Source of the DNA: Armatimonadota bacterium
GTDB lineage: Bacteria; Armatimonadota; UBA5829; DSUL01
Direction of reading: 5' to 3'
Length of the DNA: 64,000 bases
Assembly (NCBI GenBank): GCA_039811685.1
Contig: JBDHZC010000005.1
Coordinates: forward strand, 72,057-136,056
Every line of letters starts with the position of its first letter. Position 1 is the stretch's first letter. The translations under genes and the position numbers were made by a program. The notes beneath the pieces were generated by a model. The model did not search any database and was not told the origin of the DNA. It saw only the letters and a list, made by a program, of their open reading frames with translations. Shown piece by piece: positions 7,300 through 14,774 of this stretch.

Positions 7300-8325
7300 A
7301 TGAGAAGCAAAGGACACAGTAAAATGAGGGTACGGAAACGGCCTCTTCTTCTTCTCTTCGGAGTCCTACTTGTCACCACTCCACCAGCTGTCGGGCAGCC
7401 GTCTCCTGGTGTTCGCCTACGTCCTGGTCAAAGCCAACTGGTGCAGACTCCGCTGACGGCCTCTTCACGTGCGGGCGTTCTTTACACAGTGATCATTGAC
7501 AAAGGGCGTGCCTTGCTGCGGCAGACGCCTCTTGATACTTCATCGCCCGTTCGCTTCGCAAGTCTGGAGTCCTCCAGCCGTTTGACCGGTATCGGCCCGA
7601 TGTTTCCAGCGCATTGGGGACTTGCAGACGGCTTCCTTTGGTCGCTGGTTCTTGAAGAAGGAGACGCATACTGGGCCAGCCCACATCTAAGCCGCTTCGC
7701 GCTGGAGGACATGCGTCTCGTGGACCCGGACAACGCCCTTCCGCCTCGAGGCGCGCACCGCACAAGGCGCACAGAAGTCCCCCCGTATCCTCTCCTGGAT
7801 GCCATCGCGGAAGGGTCAAACCGTGACTTACTGGTCTTCCCCGCGCTTCAGCCCCTGTCGCGCAAATCCGTCCGCCTGTTCGTGCTGCAGCCGCCCGTGC
7901 TGACGGTATGGGTGAACGAAGACCCCGCGCTTTTCGCACCACGAACGTCCGGACGCAGCGTCGAAGGACGCGTGAAGGAAAAGGGCAGGATTGAGAACTG
8001 GTTGAAGGTTGCGTCTATCAGTGTTCCTTTCGCCGAGCCTTTCGAAGTTGTTGGGTGCGGTTCCGTCTGCTACTTCATCACAGGAAGCGGGGACCTCTAT
8101 GCAGATAAAGATCTGAAGGCAAGTCCGCAGAAGATCGACACAGGAGGCAGGCGCGTGACGGCGATTCTGACGCTGGAGGAGAGCGGAAAGGTGTATCTTT
8201 GTTCGCACGAGGACTACGCGCCGCTGTCGGATTCGCCTGGATTCAAATCCATTCCTGGAGGTCACCCAGGCGTCACCAGGTCGGCAACGCAGTGCCTGCT
8301 GGACCTGGCCAAAGCGCTGAAGTAG
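7300..8325 (+). CDS. Secreted protein, P-family paralog (341 aa)
   Basis: Basic N-terminus followed by a hydrophobic signal (RPLLLLFGVLLVTTPPAVG). Middle region recognisably homologous to 3400..4200. C-terminal 90 aa near-identical to 4204..4482, ending LLDLAKALK. Alternative start at 7324. Confidence 0.6.
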   Translation: MRSKGHSKMRVRKRPLLLLFGVLLVTTPPAVGQPSPGVRLRPGQSQLVQTPLTASSRAGVLYTVIIDKGRALLRQTPLDTSSPVRFASLESSSRLTGIGPMFPAHWGLADGFLWSLVLEEGDAYWASPHLSRFALEDMRLVDPDNALPPRGAHRTRRTEVPPYPLLDAIAEGSNRDLLVFPALQPLSRKSVRLFVLQPPVLTVWVNEDPALFAPRTSGRSVEGRVKEKGRIENWLKVASISVPFAEPFEVVGCGSVCYFITGSGDLYADKDLKASPQKIDTGGRRVTAILTLEESGKVYLCSHEDYAPLSDSPGFKSIPGGHPGVTRSATQCLLDLAKALK

Positions 8326-8378
8326 TAGCGGGGTCGGCCGCGCTCAGTGAAGGAAGTCAGCCATCGCGGAGTCAAAGC

Positions 8379-8555
8379 ATGGAGAAACGAGCGGCTCAGG
8401 CGCAGCAAACCGTTCTGACTCTTAAAGCTGCGACAGCTATCCGCTCCGATTGGGAGCAGTGGTGGGCCGAGAACCAGAGCCAGTTCCCGCCTGGCGCCAA
8501 GATCAAAGCTGAGGCCGCACCCCCGGCGTCGCCCGGACCCGCGGCTCAGCCGTAG
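8379..8555 (+). CDS. W-module small protein (58 aa, MEKRAAQAQQTVLTLKAATAIRSDWEQWWAENQSQFPPGAKIKAEAAPPASPGPAAQP)
   Basis: Same conserved leader (cagtgaaggaagtcagccatcgcggagtcaaag) and ATG context as 1182..1358. Ends at the TAG that starts E copy 6. Confidence 0.45.
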   Translation: MEKRAAQAQQTVLTLKAATAIRSDWEQWWAENQSQFPPGAKIKAEAAPPASPGPAAQP

Positions 8556-8659
8556 CGGTGGAACAGCGCTTCACCCGTGCAGAGGAGCGCATCTGCGCAT
8601 TGAATTGGCGCATCTTTCGCCCACTGGCTCCAGGTGGGGACATCTGGAGAGATGTAAAC
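8553..8659 (+). repeat. E element copy 6
   Basis: Hairpin 1 is gtgcagagg-agcg-catctgcgc. ATG 8652-8654 and TAA 8655-8657. Carries an internal TGA in the frame that is open in the other copies. Confidence 0.8.
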
Positions 8660-8782
8660 AAACAACGTGATGAAGAAGAAGCGTACTCCGAACAGGAGAT
8701 GTGCGAGAGGCTTACGTTGGACGACTGGTGTACATTTGGTATCCACGGGCCCTGCACGGCGTGCGATGATCTCAATGACTAG
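8660..8782 (+). CDS. Acidic 4-Cys small peptide B (…RDEEEAYSEQEMCERLTLDDWCTFGIHGPCTACDDLND); start codon unresolved
   Basis: Homolog of peptide A with the same Cys spacing and the conserved EE.AY…C.E motif. Ends at TAG 8780-8782, 20 nt upstream of the second HEAT gene. The only in-frame ATG is at 8699; the homology extends upstream of it. Confidence 0.35.
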   Translation, partial: KQRDEEEAYSEQEMCERLTLDDWCTFGIHGPCTACDDLND

Positions 8783-8801
8783 CAAGATGATGGAGGAAAG
8801 A

Positions 8802-9716
8802 ATGACGAAGATGGTAGCGCTGGTTCTAATCTGCGGGTGGTTCGGCTGGGGTGGTGTCTGTGCTGCGGGGCCGGCTACCCCTGTCACCGCCACAAATGGC
8901 TCAGCGACTCGTTCACCGGATTGTGACGAGGCGAGTGTCCCTGAATTGATTGCCATCCTTCGTGAGCGTGGAACCTTTGCTGTCCGTGCAGCACAGCTCC
9001 TTGCGGATCGCCACGCGACGTCTGCAATTCCGGATCTCGCGCTGTTGTTGACGGATCCGAAAATCTCTCTGCGGATAAATGCGGCGCGTGCAATGGCGCT
9101 CCTGGGAGACCGGAGCGGGTTACCAGTGCTGCGGGCGGCGCTGACAGAGGGTGACGATTTCCACGCCTCTATCGCGGCCGCTTTTCTGGCGCAGCTTGGC
9201 GACGACAGTGGGCGCGCGGTTTTGGAGAGGGAACTCAGTAGTCAAAACTGGATCGACCGGAGGCAGGCCCTGTACGCATTGGCGCTTCTTCCGGATGGTC
9301 TGTCTGATGTGGCTGTTGCAGCGGCTCTAGAGGACGAAAGGCCGGAGGTACAAAGAAGCGCGTTTCGTGTGGCCTGGAAAAATGCGTCTGATAGGGTGCG
9401 GGAGGTGTTGATTAAAAAGACACAGTCCCCGGATCCGCTTACCCGCTGGCGGGCGACTGAGGCCCTGTTTATGAGTAACCCGCACCGAAACGCAGAGATT
9501 GCTATTGGCATGATTACGGATCCGGACCGCCTCGTACAGGGACAAACATCCATGATGCTGGCGCATTTCTCCCGTGTGGCTGTGCCTCGGGTGAGCGGGT
9601 GGATGAGGAGTGCCGAGCGGGCAAGAGATCTCAAGCAGGCGTATCTGGAGTGGCTGGCGGTTAACAGGGACGTGGCGTTCCCGCCAACCGAGCCGGCGCC
9701 GCCTGCACCGCAATAG
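8802..9716 (+). CDS. Secreted HEAT-repeat (PBS-lyase type) protein with a diverged native W-like C-terminus
   Basis: GGAGG then ATG 8802. Signal peptide (MTKMVALVLICGWFGWGGVCAAG). HEAT repeats (…AARAMALLGDRSGLPVLRAAL…). C-terminal QAYLEWLAVNRDVAFPP resembles AIRAEWEQWWAENQSQFPP. An in-frame upstream ATG at 8667 would add a non-signal extension. Confidence 0.6.
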   Translation: MTKMVALVLICGWFGWGGVCAAGPATPVTATNGSATRSPDCDEASVPELIAILRERGTFAVRAAQLLADRHATSAIPDLALLLTDPKISLRINAARAMALLGDRSGLPVLRAALTEGDDFHASIAAAFLAQLGDDSGRAVLERELSSQNWIDRRQALYALALLPDGLSDVAVAAALEDERPEVQRSAFRVAWKNASDRVREVLIKKTQSPDPLTRWRATEALFMSNPHRNAEIAIGMITDPDRLVQGQTSMMLAHFSRVAVPRVSGWMRSAERARDLKQAYLEWLAVNRDVAFPPTEPAPPAPQ

Positions 9717-9765
9717 CAGCGGCTGCGAGCGGGCAAACGCTCATTCAGTCGGAGATACGCACGCA

Positions 9766-9797
9766 AAAGTAAGGGGGCAGCCGGTTGGCCGCCCCCA
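9766..9797. terminator. Putative bidirectional intrinsic terminator hairpin between convergent genes
   Basis: gggggcagccggttggccgccccc, a GC-rich imperfect stem-loop between the + gene ending at 9716 and the − gene ending at 9829. No strong U-tract. Confidence 0.3.
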
Positions 9798-9828
9798 ATT
9801 GCTTGAATCACGCTGTGGATGAGACGCT

Positions 9829-10719
9829 CTACACCCGCTTGCGGCGAACCACCCCTGCCAGTGATACCAGGCCGGCTCCCAGCGCGAGCAGGGAACCCGG
9901 CTCAGGCACCAGCGTCAGCGAGAAGTCATCAAAGTAGCCAGTCTGGCTTCCGAACTTTGAGTTCACTTCTATAACATTGTAGCCGTAGTTGAGCACGGAA
10001 TTATGAGTCAGCGTCGGATTCACCATGTCGTCAATGTAGAACCAGACGTCGTTTGTGCCGTCGCCGAGCGCAGGCCCAACCACGATGCGCGCCTGATGCC
10101 AACCAACGCTTCTGCTGGTGCTGGTGTTGAACCATCCGTTAGGGCCGCCGTAGCCGTCGCTGGACCCGACAACGCGAGCCTGATACTTGCTGGTATCCCC
10201 GGTGCTTTGCGCTCCCAGTGAAAGCCGCTGGATCTTGCTGGCGCCGGCGTTCAGGCTGCCCGATCCAGGATAGTCAGTGCCGGAAGGCGCCGTGTTGTAA
10301 TAGCCAAGAGCGACGTAGTCCTTGAAGTTGCCGTCACCCGCGCCACCGACGTCGTAGAACCACCAGTCGAGCGTCAGATTCCCGGTAAAGACGTTGCCGC
10401 CGTTGAAGCGATAGGCGATATTCAACCAGTTCTGGTCAATGTCTGCCCCGCCTACGAAGGCTCCGCGAAGCATGTGGTCACCACTGTGGGGCGTGACGCC
10501 GCTGTCGGTCGAAACTACCTGTCCGTTTGGCGGGTTGGGGCCGAACCAGGGGTTGCCGGACCCGTTTGGCGCCGAGTTCGCGCCACCGGGGGCATTCTTG
10601 TCGAGCGCGCCGATATTGGCGCCCTCAAATCCGTCTGTAAAGACGGGAGCCGCCTGCGCCGTGAAAGCTGTGGCCACAACCAAAAGTCCCACCGCGCAGA
10701 GGAGCATTCCTCTTTTCAT
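9829..10719 (-). CDS. PEP-CTERM sorting-domain secreted protein
   Basis: Start MKRGMLLCAVGLLVVATAFTAQA (signal peptide). C-terminal VPEPGSLLALGAGLVSLAGVVRRKRV is a PEP-CTERM motif plus TM helix plus basic tail. Confidence 0.65.
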   Translation of the reverse strand: MKRGMLLCAVGLLVVATAFTAQAAPVFTDGFEGANIGALDKNAPGGANSAPNGSGNPWFGPNPPNGQVVSTDSGVTPHSGDHMLRGAFVGGADIDQNWLNIAYRFNGGNVFTGNLTLDWWFYDVGGAGDGNFKDYVALGYYNTAPSGTDYPGSGSLNAGASKIQRLSLGAQSTGDTSKYQARVVGSSDGYGGPNGWFNTSTSRSVGWHQARIVVGPALGDGTNDVWFYIDDMVNPTLTHNSVLNYGYNVIEVNSKFGSQTGYFDDFSLTLVPEPGSLLALGAGLVSLAGVVRRKRV

Positions 10720-11129
10720 ACTTTCTCCTTCTGTCTGCCTGCAGTCAGCCGATCTTACGCCGGCTTGCACTCTAGCAGTACACAAACGTACTTAATTTAG
10801 AATATCACTGCGTACTTATAGAGTCAACTGGTAATTTGGTGTCAAAATCTCATCCTTTTTCCAGGTGAAGCGCAGAAAGCGCAGGATGCCTTTACTGTTG
10901 CGCGACCGGACCGGTGTCTGACGTATTTGCATTCGGATTGCGCTAAGGCCACCGCCCGTGGTATACTCCTGCGTCTGTGAAAGTCGTCACAGGCTTTGCA
11001 CTTACAGAGACGATGGCCACTTCTTGAGGGCAGAGCCAGCGCAACAGAGTTCCACAGACACATAGTTGAGGGTGGAATCAGAACCACGGCCGACTGTGGC
11101 AACTCCGCCTGCTGCTCGTAAATGCTCGC

Positions 11130-11762
11130 ATGAACCAACAGACCCAAAAGGTGCCGGTGCCGACTCTGGAGCGCATGGCAAGATATCTTGCCTGCCTGCT
11201 TGATCTCGACGCAAAAAGCGTTGAGACGATCTCTTCCGCGGACATGGAGCGCTATACGGACGTCAACGCCGCTCAATTCCGCAAAGATCTCTCGTACTTT
11301 GGCGAGTTTGGACGTCCCGGCATCGGCTACAGCGTGCCGGAGCTCACCCGCCGGATCAGCAAGATTCTAAAAGTGGACAGAGAGCAGCCGGTGCTACTGG
11401 TAGGAGCGGGCAATCTGGGGTCGGCGCTTGCGGGCTACCCGAGTCTCTCCCGGGAACACTTCAGAATCGCTGCGGTTTTCGACAACAATCCCGCCAAGAT
11501 CGGTCACAAACTCTGGGACGTAGATATTTACGACATTTCGAAGATTGCGGAGGTCAATGCGCGGAGCATAGACGCCAGACTCGCCATTATCGCAGTGCCA
11601 TCCGCAGCAGCTCAACAGGTGGCGGACGCAGTTGTGAAGTGCGGGGTCACCGCTATTCTCAATTTCGCTCCAGTGACACTGCGAGTTCCGCGTGAAGTGA
11701 CAGTGCGCAATGTAGATTTTGTGCAGGAGCTTGCCGTACTGTCGTTTCACCTGGCTCCCTGA
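11130..11762 (+). CDS. rex: Redox-sensing transcriptional repressor Rex
   Basis: Full-length similarity to Rex family: N-terminal wHTH (…RDLSYFGEFGRPGIGYSV…) and Rossmann NADH domain (LVGAGNLGSAL…ILNFAP). Confidence 0.85.
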   Translation: MNQQTQKVPVPTLERMARYLACLLDLDAKSVETISSADMERYTDVNAAQFRKDLSYFGEFGRPGIGYSVPELTRRISKILKVDREQPVLLVGAGNLGSALAGYPSLSREHFRIAAVFDNNPAKIGHKLWDVDIYDISKIAEVNARSIDARLAIIAVPSAAAQQVADAVVKCGVTAILNFAPVTLRVPREVTVRNVDFVQELAVLSFHLAP

Positions 11763-13277
11763 ATGGCGCGCGTCAGGGATATACGCACTGTCTCGGTGCG
11801 TACAAAAATCCTCGTGCCGGTTCTCTTCATTGTTGTCGCTGTCTTTGCCGCTATTCTCTACGGCGCCGCTCTGGTACTGGAAGCGCAGCGGCACGAATAC
11901 TCCCGAAGAATTGGTAGAAGAGTCTCCAGCGCTGTTGCTGGCGGGTTGCACTCCGCTCTGATGACTGGACGCAAAACCGAAGCACAGGAAGCCATCCGGG
12001 TTATGCTCTCCGAAGCGGACCTCCCTCCCAGTCAAATCGCTATTCGCAAGCTGGACGGCGCTTACTGGATTCGCGGCGGCGACAATACAATCCCGCCGCA
12101 TTCGTTTGCGCTGAAACCGTCTCTAAAGGAGAACTCCAGCCGAGAGTTCAGCGTTGGCGCTGCCCGTTTCATCAATACCACATCAGTTCTCCCGAATGAG
12201 CCTGAGTGTCAAAGCTGTCACAGCCCCGCCACCCGAGTGCTCGGCTATCTCGAAGTGGACCTTCCCGTGGTCTGGGTGCGCCAGCGCCACCAGGCGACTC
12301 TCACGGCTATCGCCGTTATTGCGGGGCTGACGCTTCTGCTGCTGGCTGTTGCAATCGTTTTGTCCGTCCAGATAGCGGTTGTTACGCCGATCAAGGGTCT
12401 GGCAAGCGCTATGACGGTGGTTAAGGGCGGGCATCGCGATGTTCAGGTGGAAGCCGGACCGGAAGACGAGATCGGCATGCTGAGCAGACGGTTCAACGAG
12501 ATGGTGGATGAAGTGGCTGAGGCGGAACACTCTCTTGTCGAAAAAGAGCACCAGCTTGCGCGGGCGGAGAAGCTGGCTGGGATTGGGCTGATGGCTGCGG
12601 GAATCGCCCACGAGATAAATAACCCGCTGACCGCTGTGTCGATGGCCGCGGAGAGTATCAATCTCCCCAACGCCACACAAGAGCAGCGGCAAAGGCTGAG
12701 CGCCTACATTCTGGAGGGTACGCGGCGAATCCAGGATATTGTGGCTGAGCTTCTGACGCTGGATCAGAAGCGAGCTTTGAATGTGACTGAGCAGGACGTT
12801 GCGGAGATCGTCCACGCCGCGCTGGCTGGCAGACAGATTCCCGGTAACATCACGGTGCACGCCAGTTTGGCTCCGGATCTTCCAAAAGTTCACGTGGACT
12901 GGGAACGAATTGTGAGGGCAATCGGCAACCTTGTGAAAAACGCTCTCCAGGCGATGCCTGACGGGGGAGAATTGACTTTGTCTGCAGAAGCTGGAAAAGG
13001 CGAGGTACTGATTGACATCAAGGATACAGGTGGAGGTATAGCCCCCGAACATCTCCACCGCATTTTTGATCCTTTTTTCAGCACGCGGGAGGTCGGAGAA
13101 GGCTTTGGACTGGGACTGGCTTTTGCGCACGCTGTGGTGAAGCAGCACGGGGGGGACATAACAGTCAGCAGCGAACCTGGCCGTGGAACGGCATTTACAA
13201 TCTCGTTGCCCGTTGAGCCGGGAGCGAACCCAGAGGAACCTGGTGATTCCAGGGACGTGTCAGAGATGGAGGAATAG
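11763..13277 (+). CDS. Sensor histidine kinase with periplasmic CxxCH heme-binding motif
   Basis: TM segment, periplasmic domain containing CQSCH, second TM, H-box (IAHEINNPLTAV), and HATPase_c G-boxes (DTGGGI…GLGLAF). Confidence 0.7.
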   Translation: MARVRDIRTVSVRTKILVPVLFIVVAVFAAILYGAALVLEAQRHEYSRRIGRRVSSAVAGGLHSALMTGRKTEAQEAIRVMLSEADLPPSQIAIRKLDGAYWIRGGDNTIPPHSFALKPSLKENSSREFSVGAARFINTTSVLPNEPECQSCHSPATRVLGYLEVDLPVVWVRQRHQATLTAIAVIAGLTLLLLAVAIVLSVQIAVVTPIKGLASAMTVVKGGHRDVQVEAGPEDEIGMLSRRFNEMVDEVAEAEHSLVEKEHQLARAEKLAGIGLMAAGIAHEINNPLTAVSMAAESINLPNATQEQRQRLSAYILEGTRRIQDIVAELLTLDQKRALNVTEQDVAEIVHAALAGRQIPGNITVHASLAPDLPKVHVDWERIVRAIGNLVKNALQAMPDGGELTLSAEAGKGEVLIDIKDTGGGIAPEHLHRIFDPFFSTREVGEGFGLGLAFAHAVVKQHGGDITVSSEPGRGTAFTISLPVEPGANPEEPGDSRDVSEMEE

Positions 13278-13284
13278 CAGGGAT

Positions 13285-13905
13285 ATGCCTAAGCGAGTCT
13301 GGACAGCAGAGCGTGTTGTCGAGGAAATACAGCAACTCGAGAAATCGGGCGTCGATCTGAGGCACGGTTCTGTCCAGGACGAGCACAAGAGGCTGGTAAG
13401 CGCGGCGATCCGTTACTTTGGAAGCTGGAGAGCGGCGGTTGAAGCCTCAGGGCTTGACTATGAAAAGCTGCGGCAGTCCTCTGAAGAGCAGCGCCTTCAG
13501 AAGATTGGAAAATGGTCGGAGGAGAGGATTCTTGCGGAAATCAAGGATCTGAAGGACAAAGGAGACGATCTGCGCGCTGTGATGGTCAAGAACAAGTACC
13601 CCGCGCTGTTCTCAGCGGCGGTCAGCCCCAGGTACTTTGGCAACTGGCGAAAAGCTCTGACAGCGGCGGGAGTGGACTACGATACAGTGCTGTCCCGGTC
13701 CCCGCGCGGGCGTCCAAAAAGGACCGACGTCTGGCACGCAGGGCTGATTCTGCAGAAAATCCGTGAGATGCATGCGAAGGGGCAGAGCCTGGAGTCCGAG
13801 GCGATATCTTCGCACTATCCCCGCCTTCTCCGGCTTGCGACAATGCGCTTTGGAAGCTGGCACTCTGCGGTGGATGAGGCCCTCTCAAAAGACAACTCCG
13901 CATAG
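13285..13905 (+). CDS. Hypothetical protein with three tandem ~45-aa repeats (R[YM]FGSW..A…G[LV]DY)
   Basis: ATG 13285 just after the kinase stop. Repeats RYFGSWRAAVEASGLDYEKL / RYFGNWRKALTAAGVDYDTV / MRFGSWHSAVDEAL resemble homing-endonuclease-associated repeats; this resemblance is from memory. Confidence 0.4.
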   Translation: MPKRVWTAERVVEEIQQLEKSGVDLRHGSVQDEHKRLVSAAIRYFGSWRAAVEASGLDYEKLRQSSEEQRLQKIGKWSEERILAEIKDLKDKGDDLRAVMVKNKYPALFSAAVSPRYFGNWRKALTAAGVDYDTVLSRSPRGRPKRTDVWHAGLILQKIREMHAKGQSLESEAISSHYPRLLRLATMRFGSWHSAVDEALSKDNSA

Positions 13906-13994
13906 TTGCGCTCTTTTCTTACGGGCTTCGATATGGCTGACGGCGCACACAGCGCGGTTGACGTTGCGCGTGCAAAGCTTTATTATACGGTCAC

Positions 13995-14774
13995 GTGAGC
14001 AGGGCGCTTTATATCTTCGACCTTGACGGCGTCATCTACCGCGGAGACACTCCTCAACCCCACGCAGCCGACTGTATCCGGCGATTGACGGCTGCCGGAC
14101 ACGCCATCTATTATCTGACCAACAACGCATCGCGAACGCGCGAGAGCTTCGCGCAGAAGTTGTCCGCAATGGATATTCCCACCGAACCTCGGCAGGTGAT
14201 GAACAGCTCGTACGGTACGGTCTTGTGGCTGCGAGAGTTTGGACAGGTGGCAAGTACTGTGATGGTTGTGGGGGAGCAAGGCTGTTTTGATGAGTTGAAC
14301 GCCGGAGGAATGCGGACTGTGACGCCAGGTGACGGGCATCAGCCAGACTACGTGGTAGTTGGCATTGACCGGAGCTTCACCTACCAGAAGCTCTGGCAGG
14401 CTCAGACGGCGATTCTGAACGGCGCTGTTTTCATCGCCACGAACCGGGACTCGACTTTCCCGTATGAAAGCGGCATCGCTCCGGGCGCTGGCTCGATTGT
14501 TGCGGCAGTCGCGGAGGCAGTGGGACGCCAACCGTTTACAATAGGCAAACCAGAAACATTTCTGCTGGATCAGGTTATCAAGGATTCGGGAATCGCGCGG
14601 GAGCGCGCTATCATGGTGGGAGACCGGCTGGATACAGACATTGCGGCTGGCAACAGGGCCGGGGTAAAGACTGTACTGGCGCTCGGCGGAGTGGCGAGCC
14701 GTGAAGATGCGGCTATCGCTGAAGAGGAAATGCGCCCGCAAGTCATCATTGACAATCTCTCGGAGCTTGAGTAG
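13995..14774 (+). CDS. HAD-superfamily hydrolase, subfamily IIA (NagD-like sugar-phosphatase)
   Basis: Motif I (FDLDGVIY), TNN, and C-terminal GDRLDTDI motifs. Confidence 0.7.
   Translation: MSRALYIFDLDGVIYRGDTPQPHAADCIRRLTAAGHAIYYLTNNASRTRESFAQKLSAMDIPTEPRQVMNSSYGTVLWLREFGQVASTVMVVGEQGCFDELNAGGMRTVTPGDGHQPDYVVVGIDRSFTYQKLWQAQTAILNGAVFIATNRDSTFPYESGIAPGAGSIVAAVAEAVGRQPFTIGKPETFLLDQVIKDSGIARERAIMVGDRLDTDIAAGNRAGVKTVLALGGVASREDAAIAEEEMRPQVIIDNLSELE

Noticed and set aside
1356-8659. E repeats as a CRISPR array
   Set aside because: The repeats are ~100 nt, not 24-48 nt. The 'spacers' are 1-1.5 kb and contain full-length genes. No cas genes or leader were found.
1356-8659. E repeats as integron attC sites / gene cassettes
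   Set aside because: No RYYYAAC/GTTRRRY core sites at the element ends. No intI or Pc/attI in the window. The cassette genes are paralogs of one another rather than a diverse cargo.
8667-8801. Long N-terminal extension of the second HEAT protein from the in-frame ATG at 8667
   Set aside because: It would place ~45 non-signal residues ahead of a clear signal peptide. It would also overlap the conserved Cys-peptide B frame. A GGAGG-ATG at 8802 directly precedes the signal peptide.
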